From contig CAMJYM010000001.1 of NCBI GenBank assembly GCA_946220865.1, forward strand, positions 62,259-126,258: a stretch of 64,000 nt of DNA. The letters are read 5' to 3'. The stretch is from an uncultured Clostridia bacterium. Lineage in GTDB: Bacteria > Bacillota > Clostridia > Saccharofermentanales > DTU023. The notes beneath the pieces were generated by a model. It was not told the origin of the DNA. It saw only the letters and a program-made list of their open reading frames with translations, and did not search any database. Shown in pieces: positions 17,645 to 26,838 of the stretch (position 1 is its first letter; the number at the start of each line of letters is the position of its first letter). The position numbers and the translations under genes were made by a program.

Positions 17645-18739
17645 TCACTCCTTCGCCTTGCGAAAATTAAAGAGCTCCAAATTGAGCAGAGCTGATTTGA
17701 CATCAACTCCTCCGGAAAACCCCACCAGATGTCCCGAACTTCCGATCACTCTGTGACAGGGTATAAAAAGAGCGATGGGATTGGCCGCACACGCTGCACC
17801 TGTAGCTCTGGCGTAGGCGCGGCCTTTCTTTCTACTGCCGAGAGCCTGGGCCGCCAGGTCCTCATAACTCAGTGTTACGCCATAAGGAATAGCCGCTAAA
17901 GCTTTCCAGATTTTACGTTGGAAGACACTGCCTCTTCCTATTTCCAGTGGCAGATCAAATAGACGGCGTTCACCGCGGACATATTCTTCAATCTCCCCGG
18001 CTGCCCGATGGAGAATCTCAGGCACACGCTCTGGCCTTGGATCTCTGATCTCCCATTCCGCATGGTAGTTGCCCTGCTCATCCAACTGCCCAAGCATGAG
18101 CAAAAGGTTTTCCTCACGCCTGCTGCCTGGCTTAGCCCTATCCATAATAAACTGCAGTGAACTGATGGCCGTGCCTTCCTGATTGGCAAATAGCAAAGCT
18201 GAAGCAAAGGGCAGTTTGACAAGCAGACCAGCATCTTCAGGCATTTCCGCCCTGAAAACATGCTGGCACAAAGCTTTTTGCGGTTGTCCCCAGCTGTTTT
18301 CAGCATAAATGATGGTCCGCGCAGACTCCTTTTGTTTTTCACTTAAGGCTGCTGCAACTTCCTGACTCAGGCAGAGCTGTAAATCGAAAGCTTCTTTTTC
18401 ACGTTCAAAGATAGCCTCGATCAGCTCCTCTATTTCCCCTGTTTCAAAAGCGCTGGCCTTATTTGACCAAAGGCGCGCACGCAAGCCACAACGGCCGAAA
18501 AGAGCAGGTTCAAGGATCAGGAGCGCCCGCTTCTGACGGCCTTTTTTACAGAGCAGAACTTTTTCACGGCCAAGCTGGTCATCCATTTTCCGTAAAAATT
18601 CCACGCGCTCTTTTTTTGTTCCATCCAACTTTAAGGGAAGAGCCCATTCAGAGAGTTCATCTGCATCTTTGAGAAACAGGGGCTGCAGTACCAGTTTTGC
18701 TTTTGCGGACGCCATCAGTTTGCTTCCTCTCGACGCCAT
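17645..18739 (-). CDS. ogt: Methylated-DNA--protein-cysteine methyltransferase (Ogt/MGMT) with an extra uncharacterised N-terminal region
   Basis: The C-terminal ~160 aa has the MGMT signature (FQRKIWKALAAIPYGVTLSYEDLA..., active site IPCHRVIG). The first ~200 aa have no motif I recognise. The alternative ATG at 18715 overlaps the folA TGA (TGATG). Confidence 0.8.
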   Translation of the reverse strand: MASRGSKLMASAKAKLVLQPLFLKDADELSEWALPLKLDGTKKERVEFLRKMDDQLGREKVLLCKKGRQKRALLILEPALFGRCGLRARLWSNKASAFETGEIEELIEAIFEREKEAFDLQLCLSQEVAAALSEKQKESARTIIYAENSWGQPQKALCQHVFRAEMPEDAGLLVKLPFASALLFANQEGTAISSLQFIMDRAKPGSRREENLLLMLGQLDEQGNYHAEWEIRDPRPERVPEILHRAAGEIEEYVRGERRLFDLPLEIGRGSVFQRKIWKALAAIPYGVTLSYEDLAAQALGSRKKGRAYARATGAACAANPIALFIPCHRVIGSSGHLVGFSGGVDVKSALLNLELFNFRKAKE

Positions 18740-19230
18740 AGCTCAAAATGATAGCGGAGTTCTCCGTCCGTCCGGCTTTCAGATTTTTCCACAAGTGAAA
18801 AAGCCTCTTCATCCAGGTTTGGGAAATAAGCGTCCGCAGAAAGCTTAGCTTCCAGCCGAGTCAGCATAACTTCGTTCGTATAGGGTAAAAGAAGCCTGTA
18901 AACAGAAGCTCCGCCAACAACAATGAAGTCCTCTTCTTTCCTGCCGGCTTTTTTTTCATCTTCACAGGCGGCAAGTAAGTCCTCAAGCGAAGCAAAAGTT
19001 CTCAGGCTACGGTCACAAGTCTGATCTGCAGACGTCCTGCTCAGCATAAAATTTTCCCGACCGGGCAGGGGCTTCTGTCCAGGATAGGTGGCCAGCGTCT
19101 TGCGGCCATAAATGATCACCTTGCCGAGCGTCAGGGCTTTAAAACGTTTCAAGTCCTCAGAAATCGGGTGCTGAAGCTGTCCTGCACGGCCAATGCCCCA
19201 CTGCTCATCTGCGGCAACAATCGCAATCAT
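18715..19230 (-). CDS. folA: Dihydrofolate reductase
   Basis: MIAIVAADEQWGIGRAGQLQHPISEDLKRFKALTLGKVIIYGRKT... is the classic DHFR N-terminus. I took the ATG at 19230, with GGGAGGG 6 nt upstream. The track ORF starts at a TTG at 19269. Confidence 0.88.
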   Translation of the reverse strand: MIAIVAADEQWGIGRAGQLQHPISEDLKRFKALTLGKVIIYGRKTLATYPGQKPLPGRENFMLSRTSADQTCDRSLRTFASLEDLLAACEDEKKAGRKEEDFIVVGGASVYRLLLPYTNEVMLTRLEAKLSADAYFPNLDEEAFSLVEKSESRTDGELRYHFELWRREEAN

Positions 19231-19265
19231 TTCGTCCCTCCCAGTTCTCCAGTCAGTTAATCCAT

Positions 19266-20096
19266 TCAAACCGCTACAGGAATGTTCTGGATCGCTTCAC
19301 CATGCTGATAATGCTCAAATCTAAAACTATCAATGGTAAAGTCATCAAAACTCCTGACAGCTGGATCAATCCACAAATCAGGCGCCGGGTAAGCCGGTCT
19401 CTTTATCAGTTCCTCGACAATGGGGATGTGCCTGTCATAGATATGAGCATCCGCAATCACGTGTACGAGCTCTCCCACTTTAAGACCTGCATCAATCGCA
19501 AACATGTGCAACAGCAGCGCGTATTGACAAACATTCCAGGCGTTCGCAACAAGGACATCCTGGCTGCGCTGATTTAAAATGCCATTCAATACTCCCTGAT
19601 CGACGTGCAGGGTAAGGCTGTAGGCACAGGGATACAGAGCCATATCCGGCAGATCATCGGGATTATACATCGTACAGATAAGGCGACGACTTTCCGGATT
19701 TTCCTTTAAATCTTTGCGCAGACGTTCGACCTGATCGTACTGACCGTCTGGATACTGTGTTTTCTTAGCGAGCTGGTAGCCGTAGGCTTTGCCGATGGTG
19801 CCATCCGGCAGGGCCCAGGCATCCCAGATGTGTGAGCGCAATTCAGACACGCGGGTGCTCTTTTTCTGCCAGATCCAGAGAATTTCATCAAGGCAGTTTT
19901 TAAGAGGAACCGGCCTTAAAGTGAGGGCCGGGAACTCTTTGTCCAGCTGATAGCGGTTAACGATAGCGAAGCGTTTTTTAGTAGGAGCCGGGCTCCCATC
20001 ATCTGGCCAGTGCGGACGCACCTGACCGGTCTGCCATACTCCGTGATCAAGAATCTCTTTACATGTGGCAATAAAACGTTCGTCTGCCTGACTCAT
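19266..20096 (-). CDS. thyA: Thymidylate synthase (ThyA type)
   Basis: ThyA motifs are present (RRLICTMYNPDDLPDMALYPCAYSLTLHV, NQRSQDVLVANAWNVCQYALL). I set the start at the ATG at 20096 (GGAGGG RBS), because the longer track ORF to 20252 would run through the opposite-strand tRNA-Pro gene. Confidence 0.88.
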   Translation of the reverse strand: MSQADERFIATCKEILDHGVWQTGQVRPHWPDDGSPAPTKKRFAIVNRYQLDKEFPALTLRPVPLKNCLDEILWIWQKKSTRVSELRSHIWDAWALPDGTIGKAYGYQLAKKTQYPDGQYDQVERLRKDLKENPESRRLICTMYNPDDLPDMALYPCAYSLTLHVDQGVLNGILNQRSQDVLVANAWNVCQYALLLHMFAIDAGLKVGELVHVIADAHIYDRHIPIVEELIKRPAYPAPDLWIDPAVRSFDDFTIDSFRFEHYQHGEAIQNIPVAV

Positions 20097-20168
20097 GGCT
20101 TCCCTCCGCACGTACTCCATTCGCCTGGTACGATAAATCGTGCCCAGAGCTGCCTTTATTTTAACAGC

Positions 20169-20197
20169 TTGACAGTCGGAACGCATCCCGATAAAAT
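20169..20197 (+). promoter_or_regulatory. Sigma-70-type promoter of tRNA-Pro
   Basis: TTGACA (20169-20174), a 17-nt spacer, then TAAAAT (20192-20197). It ends 13 nt before the tRNA 5' end. Confidence 0.65.
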
Positions 20198-20210
20198 GCA
20201 AGTTGCCTTT

Positions 20211-20286
20211 CGGGGTGTGGCTCAGGTGGTAGAGCGCTTGGTTCGGGACCAAGAGGCCGCTGGTTCAAGTCCAGTCACTCCGACCA
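20211..20286 (+). tRNA. tRNA-Pro (anticodon CGG)
   Basis: CGGGGTGTGGCTCAGGTGGTAGAGCGCTTGGTTCGGGACCAAGAGGCCGCTGGTTCAAGTCCAGTCACTCCGACCA has anticodon loop UUCGGGA, and CCA is encoded. Confidence 0.93.
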
Positions 20287-20289
20287 GCA

Positions 20290-20316
20290 GACGCAGATTC
20301 AACCTGCGTCTTTTTT
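20290..20316 (+). terminator. Rho-independent terminator after tRNA-Pro
   Basis: GACGCAG-attcaac-CTGCGTC followed by TTTTTT. It abuts the convergent comEA-like stop at 20320. Confidence 0.8.
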
Positions 20317-20319
20317 ATG

Positions 20320-21081
20320 TCAAGGGCGAAAATAGGCTTTGAAGCGCGCAAACTTTTTTTCTTTGATTCCCGGAACAGAAAGCAAATCTTCGACACACAT
20401 TTTCCCGCCCAGCTCTTCACGACGCCTGAGAATGGCACGGGCTGTCACAGGTCCAATCCCGGGGACCGTGCAGAGCAGGTGTTCGTCAGCTGAACTGAGG
20501 GATATTTGTGTTGTAGCGGCATCTGATGACAGCTCTTCCTGCACTTTGCCTGAGGATTGCGCGTCCGGAGAAGCACTGGTGTCGGACTTGCCCAGAGTCT
20601 CAGAGGGCTGTACTTGTGCACGGACCGTTTGCATATGGTCGTTTTGACCTTTTGTCCGCGTTGCCTGAATCGTCATGTTCTGATCTTTTGTACAGGTCGC
20701 TTGTGAAGCTTCGCCCGGCTCTTTGGGCTGGACAGCTTGAATAGCGTCACGCTGATCTATGAGGTGGCTCACACTCTCACTTAGTAGAGAAGATTCATCT
20801 CTGAGTTTCTCCTGCGGAAAAAGTTTCGAGTGCAAACGATCAGAAGACCATAATGAAAGCAAAAAAGAAAGCAGAAGCAGTGCTCCAAGAAGCAGCGTAT
20901 AGGGGAGCTGAAGCTCTCTGGAAGACCGGCTCCCTCCTTTTCTATTCTGCGGGCAGACCCGGCCATAGAACTTATGAGACGGACGACTTGGGAAAGACAT
21001 GCGATCACGACTTGGTACACGACGTTTCATACGCAGAGTGTACACGAGAAAAAATGCTGCGACCGCATTATCCTTCGACAA
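20320..21081 (-). CDS. comEA: ComEA-like helix-hairpin-helix DNA-binding membrane protein
   Basis: The C-terminal tandem HhH is present (LLCTVPGIGPVTARAILRRREELGGKMCVEDLLSVPGIKEKKFARFKAYF), along with one TM helix and a low-complexity linker. It lies downstream of rsfS, as in Bacillus. The start is uncertain: 21081 is TTG, and ATGs at 21030 and 21000 lack a clear RBS. Confidence 0.7.
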   Translation of the reverse strand: MSKDNAVAAFFLVYTLRMKRRVPSRDRMSFPSRPSHKFYGRVCPQNRKGGSRSSRELQLPYTLLLGALLLLSFLLSLWSSDRLHSKLFPQEKLRDESSLLSESVSHLIDQRDAIQAVQPKEPGEASQATCTKDQNMTIQATRTKGQNDHMQTVRAQVQPSETLGKSDTSASPDAQSSGKVQEELSSDAATTQISLSSADEHLLCTVPGIGPVTARAILRRREELGGKMCVEDLLSVPGIKEKKFARFKAYFRP

Positions 21082-21107
21082 AAATGCTTGAAAAGCGACA
21101 GGATTGT

Positions 21108-21473
21108 CTAGGCATTTTCTCCAGACTCAGGCAGTGAGATATCGCTGTGCTTGCTCTTCCAAAACTGCTCTAAATCATAAAATTGACGTTCGCTTGTCTT
21201 GAAAATATGAACAACCACAGAGCCATAGTCAATGAGAACCCACTTTCCGCTGCTCTCCCCTTCTTCTGAGACAGGCAAAATCTGAGCCTCCTCTTTAAGA
21301 CGATAAGTTAGCTCGTCTTCCAGCGCTTTAACCTGGGTCACACTGTTACCATCAGCGACCACAAAGTATTCAGCCAGCGTGGTTTTATCACCGACATGAA
21401 GGATTTGAACATCGTGGGCTTTTTTACTATCAAGAATATCGCGGATCAATTCACTGAGCTTTTGAGGATCCAA
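21108..21473 (-). CDS. rsfS: Ribosome silencing factor RsfS
   Basis: 121 aa with KKAHDVQILHVGDKTTLAEYFVVADGNSVTQVKAL and WVLIDYGSVVVHIF...ERQFYDLEQFW. TTG start with an AAAGGAG RBS. Confidence 0.88.
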   Translation of the reverse strand: MDPQKLSELIRDILDSKKAHDVQILHVGDKTTLAEYFVVADGNSVTQVKALEDELTYRLKEEAQILPVSEEGESSGKWVLIDYGSVVVHIFKTSERQFYDLEQFWKSKHSDISLPESGENA

Positions 21474-21562
21474 GGCATTCTCCTTTCTCTAAAACAGAGC
21501 ATTGGCATTGATGTTTATTTTAACATTTTTCCTTTATCCCTTCAGGCAGCGCCGACTCTTTC

Positions 21563-22795
21563 TCAGGGCAGGCGCAGAAAGGACTGAGGATCAATACCGT
21601 AATCTTTTGCCGCACTCAATGTCTGAGGGTGAATTTTTTTGTGCTGACGGATAAGGGCGAGCAAAACTTCGCGCAGACAAAGCTTCATGGCAAGGTTCAG
21701 GTCAAGCTCAGCAGCTTCGCGGATTTCATCAAGATCATTAAAATCCCTGCCCCATTCAATTTTATCTGAGAGGTAGATAATCTTGTCCAGATCATTCATG
21801 CCGGGGACCGTCGTTGTGTGCCTCGCTATTGCATTCAGCAAAAGAGTATCTTTAATTCCAAAAATATCGCGGGCAAAGACCGCTCCAGCAGGTCCGTGAG
21901 CAATATTGGGGTTAAGTGGATAAATACTGCCTTCTGCTTCTGCCAGTTTCATCTGCTCAGCGACCGGCATGTATTTACAAACATCATGCAGGAGCCCAGC
22001 TAGCGCAGCCTTATCAGCATCCTGGCCGTGACGCAGAGCCAGGTGTACCGCGTACTGACAGACGTTAGCCGTGTGAACCAAACGGCGGAGAGGCATGTAA
22101 TCCCAGATTTCCTGTTCCAGGACCGCAAGCCTGGCGTATGCTTCATCGCTGATCTGATTCATGTCTTCGGCAAAAAGATAAGGTTTGTTTTTTACGAGGA
22201 AGGCGGCAACCGCAGGATTAAAGTTTTCGTCTGGTTTTTCGCCGCGTGCCAGCCGTTCCCGCCATTCCGTGGATGAGAGTTCGATCGGTTCCATTGGAAA
22301 AAAGCGGATTTCTCCACCGTAGCGGTCCATCAGGGCCCGCGCTCTGGATTCATAGAACTCCCGTTTTTCGCTGTCGTTACCGCGCAGAGCAATAAGCATG
22401 GGCGCCTGTTCCAGAATCTTTCGCGGCTTGTGCCAACTGTCCATCGTCTCCAGGGCATCAGAACCATATATCAGGGATAGGCTGATTTTTTCGCCCTTCT
22501 CCCTGGCTTCCCGGCGCAGTGCCTTGAGGGTTTTCAGGGTATAGGAATATTGTCCCGGACGCTGCAATTCATAGCGGCTGAGCTGAACCTCACTGCGTCC
22601 CTGCAGCGCTGCCTCAAGCATACTGTAGCGATATGCTGCCAGGCTCAAACGGCGTGTCTTATGCGGTGGCAGCCCACAGGGCATGACCAGCACCCGTGAG
22701 ACTTCGCCGGAAGCCAGAGCTGCATCAATCATACGTTCGTGGCCAAGGTGAAAGGGATCAAAAGATCCGCCGAAGAGTCCGATTTTTTTCTTCAT
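21563..22795 (-). CDS. nadD: Fusion protein: nicotinate-nucleotide adenylyltransferase (NadD) + HD-domain YqeK phosphohydrolase
   Basis: The N-terminus has the HxGH nucleotidyltransferase motif (GLFGGSFDPFHLGHERMI). The C-terminal half has an HD domain (HTANVCQYAVHLA..., AGLLHDVCK). Both lie in one uninterrupted 410-aa ORF. Confidence 0.85.
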   Translation of the reverse strand: MKKKIGLFGGSFDPFHLGHERMIDAALASGEVSRVLVMPCGLPPHKTRRLSLAAYRYSMLEAALQGRSEVQLSRYELQRPGQYSYTLKTLKALRREAREKGEKISLSLIYGSDALETMDSWHKPRKILEQAPMLIALRGNDSEKREFYESRARALMDRYGGEIRFFPMEPIELSSTEWRERLARGEKPDENFNPAVAAFLVKNKPYLFAEDMNQISDEAYARLAVLEQEIWDYMPLRRLVHTANVCQYAVHLALRHGQDADKAALAGLLHDVCKYMPVAEQMKLAEAEGSIYPLNPNIAHGPAGAVFARDIFGIKDTLLLNAIARHTTTVPGMNDLDKIIYLSDKIEWGRDFNDLDEIREAAELDLNLAMKLCLREVLLALIRQHKKIHPQTLSAAKDYGIDPQSFLRLP

Positions 22796-22802
22796 GCCAT
22801 CC

Positions 22803-23930
22803 TCAGCCGATATTCTTGTCGTTATTGCTCACTCGCTGAGCAAGCCAGGCGCGTATAAAAGGATCCAGGTCACCATCCATCACAGCTCCGACATCAGAAT
22901 TTTCCACACCCGTTCGGTTGTCTTTAACCAGGGTATATGGACAGAAAACATAGGAGCGAATCTGGCTTCCCCAGCCAATGTCCATCTGTTCGCCTTTCAG
23001 ATCCTCAACACGATCGAGCTGAGCCTGGCGGGCCATAGTATAGAGTTTGGCTTTAAGCATCTGCATGGCCACTTCACGGTTTTGAATCTGCGAACGCTCA
23101 TTCTGACAGGCGACCACAACGCCCGTGGGAAGGTGGGTTAAACGCACCGCCGAAGAAGTCTTGTTGACATGCTGCCCTCCCTTTCCGGAGGAACGGTACG
23201 TGTCGACGCGCAGATCTTCAGGTCTTATTTCGATGTTAATGCTGTCATCGAGTTCTGGCAGGACTTCCACCGAAGCAAAGGAAGTGTGCCTGCGTCCGGA
23301 ACTGTCGAAAGGAGAAATACGCACGAGCCGGTGAACTCCCATTTCAGAAGACAATAAGCCGTAGGCATTCTCCCCTTCCATCTTGAAGCTGATGCTCTTG
23401 ATTCCCGCCTCTTCGCCGTCCACTGAATCAAGCACGCTGAGCTTAAAATCGTGATCCTCGGCCCAGCGGGAATACATGCGAAAAAGCATACCTGTCCAGT
23501 CACAGGCCTCCGTACCACCAGCTCCTGCATGCAGCGTAAGAATGGCATTATTGGCATCAAGCGCCCCCGTGAAATAGGTTTCCATGGAAAGGGCTTCTGC
23601 TTCATTGGCGAAAATTTTCAGTTTCTTGCGGACTTCGTCAGCGACCTGTTGATCGTCTTCTTCTTCTCCGAGCTCTATGAGAACTTCCGCATCATCAAGA
23701 AGCATATTGAGCCTGAAAAAATTATCCCGTTTGTTTTTCAGGTGCGTGAGTTCCTTTTGAACTTTTTTGGCTTCCTCAAGATCATTCCAAAATTCCGGCT
23801 CAGCTGAGCGATGTTCCAGCTCTTCCATACGCAGCTCTGTTTTTTCCATGTGCAGAGCCTGACGCAGTTCAGCCAACTTTTCTCGGCCTTCTCTGATTTT
23901 TTCTTTATCTTCTTCAAATTCAATAATCAT
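22803..23930 (-). CDS. prfB: Peptide chain release factor 2
   Basis: 375 aa with the SPF tripeptide (RISPFDSSGRRHTSF) and the GGQ motif (SSGKGGQHVNKTSSAVRLTH). It is contiguous, with no programmed frameshift site. Confidence 0.93.
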   Translation of the reverse strand: MIIEFEEDKEKIREGREKLAELRQALHMEKTELRMEELEHRSAEPEFWNDLEEAKKVQKELTHLKNKRDNFFRLNMLLDDAEVLIELGEEEDDQQVADEVRKKLKIFANEAEALSMETYFTGALDANNAILTLHAGAGGTEACDWTGMLFRMYSRWAEDHDFKLSVLDSVDGEEAGIKSISFKMEGENAYGLLSSEMGVHRLVRISPFDSSGRRHTSFASVEVLPELDDSINIEIRPEDLRVDTYRSSGKGGQHVNKTSSAVRLTHLPTGVVVACQNERSQIQNREVAMQMLKAKLYTMARQAQLDRVEDLKGEQMDIGWGSQIRSYVFCPYTLVKDNRTGVENSDVGAVMDGDLDPFIRAWLAQRVSNNDKNIG

Positions 23931-24029
23931 GTGACATCTCCATTCTTTATCGGGCCGAAGCGGTAGTTCTTAAGGACACTCACTGGGGCTCCAGCCTATC
24001 TGCTTCATCAGGTAAAAAGCTGAATACCG

Positions 24030-24929
24030 TCACAAATGAGCCGTGGAATAAGATTCTTTTACATCTTTCCCGGCACAGAAAATCAAATAAAATATAGCCC
24101 AGAGCCGCGCCACTATGAAAGTGCGGCAGGCAAAGAAAAAACTCTGAATCAGAAAAAAGCCATACAGTGAGCGCTCAGATAAAAGCAGGAAGAGATTTTC
24201 CACCAGAAAAAGCAGCATGTAGAGGGTCACAAACTGCATGACCATAAAAGCTTTAGCCCCGTATGCAGCAGCACGGCTCTCCCTCATGGCCTCCCGCAGT
24301 GGCAGTTTAAAGCCCATCATGAGAAAAAAAGTAAAAAGGAAAGCCGAAGCAAACGCCATAAAAGGCAGAGCGAAAAAAAACATGGAAAACAGGAAAAGTA
24401 AAAGCAGAAAAATAAAGCTCAGAAAGAAAATGGGCAGGCAGGGAAGAAAACGGGACAAAGTGATTCTCATTGCTCCTTTAGCCAGATCTTCCTGATTGTC
24501 ACGCTCGACATTGTCCCTTTTGCCGGAAATCTCTGTTTTCCTCTGCAGACCTGCAAGAGCCGTAATTAACTCAAGGAGAGAGTGGTTCATTTGTTTTTGT
24601 TCCCGATCTTCCGGAAAAAGAGAAATCTGAATAATAAGGGCCTGAGCGTAAAAAACTGCCGCAAGAAAGGCTATAAAAAGAACAGCAAGATCCACTAAAA
24701 GGTATAGCCATTGAGGCCTTGAAAGCTGAAGGGCGGAAAGAAGCTGCGACGTGTTGTTAATCCCGGCAAGTCGCCCGGCAATTTCCTCAAAATCAATCTG
24801 CCCCAGAGGCCATATCAAAGTAATAAAGCGCAGAGTAAGTAAAGTGACAAAGGCAAAGTTCAGCGTTTTTTGCGCTTTAACACGATAAAAAGGCAAGGAT
24901 TCAAGATTAAGTCTTAAGCCTGGACCCAT
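24030..24929 (-). CDS. Multi-pass membrane protein, function unknown
   Basis: 299-aa ORF with several Phe/Leu-rich hydrophobic helices. I recognise no motif. Confidence 0.5.
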   Translation of the reverse strand: MGPGLRLNLESLPFYRVKAQKTLNFAFVTLLTLRFITLIWPLGQIDFEEIAGRLAGINNTSQLLSALQLSRPQWLYLLVDLAVLFIAFLAAVFYAQALIIQISLFPEDREQKQMNHSLLELITALAGLQRKTEISGKRDNVERDNQEDLAKGAMRITLSRFLPCLPIFFLSFIFLLLLFLFSMFFFALPFMAFASAFLFTFFLMMGFKLPLREAMRESRAAAYGAKAFMVMQFVTLYMLLFLVENLFLLLSERSLYGFFLIQSFFFACRTFIVARLWAIFYLIFCAGKDVKESYSTAHL

Positions 24930-25062
24930 GAACGTCCTCCGTCTGATGCCTGAGCAGCTTCGTAAGTGTTAAGAATAACACAGGCAACGAGCTTTGTCAC
25001 AAATGTGGCAACTCTCTGGAAACCTGCCAAGCTCACCCCCAACGGCTCTCTTCGGCTAAAGC

Positions 25063-26652
25063 CTATTCCGGCCAGCCGCAGACTCTGTCTTTAAGTGGCC
25101 ATAGAATCTTTTCCCGCTCGTCAGGATATTGTCCAGCAAGTTCTCCCAAAGCCAAACGCGCTCCAGCATCCATCCCCTGACACCCGGCCAGCAAAAGTAC
25201 ATCGCCTTTTCCGCAGCAGGCCAAAGCCTCATGGACAGCCTCTTCTAACTGCTCCTTAAGGGTGTAGGACTGTCCTTGTTCCGCCATTTCCCTTTTAAAA
25301 ACTGCGATTTCTTCATCGCTGACCTTATCGTAGTGGCCAGTCGTATCACGGGACAATGTAGCAATAAACTTTTTCAGCCGCAGCCTGGGCAAATAATCCG
25401 CCAGAGCGTCGATGTTTTCTGCATTGACCGTAACGCCGCGGTTGCCACGTATTGCATAGAGCAGCACGAGTTGTTCGTAAGTCATATGACAGAGCGTTTC
25501 CAAAGTCATCCGTATATTTCCGGCATTGGCAAAGTGATCATCAAAAATGCGGAATTTCCCATCATAGATCTGCTGAAATCTCCTTTCCACGCCATGAAAA
25601 CTTTCGATACCATGCACACAAGTAGAAAGGGGCAGGCCTGCAGCTAAAGCCAGACCAATGGCGGCAAGGGCGTTCATAAGCGAATGTATTCCCGGTACAG
25701 CCAGGACCAGCTTCGCTCTTTCCTCGCTCTCACCTTCAGGTGAAGCAGCTGATCTTCGCAAAGGTTTGTAAACCAGTTCCGTATGGGCGTAACCGCTGCT
25801 TAAGTCTGGCTTAATTGCGCGCAAATCAGCCTCTTCTTTCAGGCCAAAGGTCAGAACTCTTGCTTTTGTTTCATTCAAAAGAGAATAACTCCAGGGATCA
25901 TCTGCATTTAAAACTGCTGTAGCCTCAGGCTTTAGCCCCATAATCAGCGGCTTTTTCGCAGCAAAATAATTTTCCATGCTGCCGTGAAAATCAAGGTGTT
26001 CCCGCCCAAGGTTGAGCAAACTTGCTTCACGATAAAGGCAGCCTGCATTGCGATATTCACTCTGGCCAATGGATGAAACTTCCATCACAGCATCCTTATA
26101 ACCGGAGTCCACCATTTCCCGCAGGTAACGCTGAAGATCGAGGCTATCCGGGGTCGTTAGCTTTGAGCTGACAAACGATTTTCCCGTGTGATAGGCCACC
26201 GTTCCTACCAGGCCGCAGTCTCTTCCGGCTGCTTCGAGAATACTTCTATACATCAAAGAGGTACTCGTTTTACCATTTGAACCAGTGATCCCACAGAGAT
26301 TCAGTTCATGGCTGGGGTGAGCATAGTAGTTACAGGCCAGGTGACTTAAGGCCTGACGGCTGTTGCTGACCACAATCTGGGGCAAACTGCAGTCCTCGCG
26401 TGGCTTTTCCACAAGCGCACAAAGCGCCCCTTTTTGGGCTGCTGCCATCACATAGAGATGCCCGTCTGTTTCATATCCGGGAACAGCAACAAACACATCC
26501 CCGGCTTCAATAAGACGAGAGTCGCGCTGAACAGCATGCACTTTTAACGTTTTGAGCTCCTCCCAGTTTTCAGGTCGGCGCACTAAGGTCAGCCCCTGAA
26601 GGAGCTCTTCCAGAGTCCAATAATTGACATATGTATCGCTGCCTGTTTTCAT
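25063..26652 (-). CDS. Mur ligase family protein (MurE-like UDP-MurNAc-tripeptide synthetase)
   Basis: P-loop ITGSNGKTSTS and a Mur ligase middle domain (VMEVSS..., LNLGREHLDFHGSMENYFAAK). I set the start at the ATG at 26652, behind GAGGAGG. The track ORF starts at 26712. The gene is not in a dcw cluster. Confidence 0.7.
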   Translation of the reverse strand: MKTGSDTYVNYWTLEELLQGLTLVRRPENWEELKTLKVHAVQRDSRLIEAGDVFVAVPGYETDGHLYVMAAAQKGALCALVEKPREDCSLPQIVVSNSRQALSHLACNYYAHPSHELNLCGITGSNGKTSTSLMYRSILEAAGRDCGLVGTVAYHTGKSFVSSKLTTPDSLDLQRYLREMVDSGYKDAVMEVSSIGQSEYRNAGCLYREASLLNLGREHLDFHGSMENYFAAKKPLIMGLKPEATAVLNADDPWSYSLLNETKARVLTFGLKEEADLRAIKPDLSSGYAHTELVYKPLRRSAASPEGESEERAKLVLAVPGIHSLMNALAAIGLALAAGLPLSTCVHGIESFHGVERRFQQIYDGKFRIFDDHFANAGNIRMTLETLCHMTYEQLVLLYAIRGNRGVTVNAENIDALADYLPRLRLKKFIATLSRDTTGHYDKVSDEEIAVFKREMAEQGQSYTLKEQLEEAVHEALACCGKGDVLLLAGCQGMDAGARLALGELAGQYPDEREKILWPLKDRVCGWPE

Positions 26653-26838
26653 TGTTTTTACCTCCTCATGATCCATATCAGCCTGAAAGGTGGCAAAATT
26701 CCTGCTCTGCATAAGCGGTCCTTATTTCTGCCAATAATCAAAACAAGCTTTGCGATATCAAATCACTTGTTTCTGTAAGCATTTACAAACTCAGTTTATG
26801 AAAGTTGGGATGGCTTTCTCCAGTCTGTTTACCAGGAT

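Noticed and set aside
20097-20252. A 52-codon 5' extension of the thyA ORF.
   Set aside because: It would read through the opposite-strand tRNA-Pro gene and its promoter. The ATG at 20096 has a GGAGGG RBS and gives a normal-length ThyA.
22803-23930. Looked for the programmed +1 frameshift (CUU UGA C) that interrupts prfB in most bacteria.
   Set aside because: The whole RF2, from the N-terminal helix through the SPF and GGQ motifs, is in a single uninterrupted 375-codon frame. No frameshift site is present.
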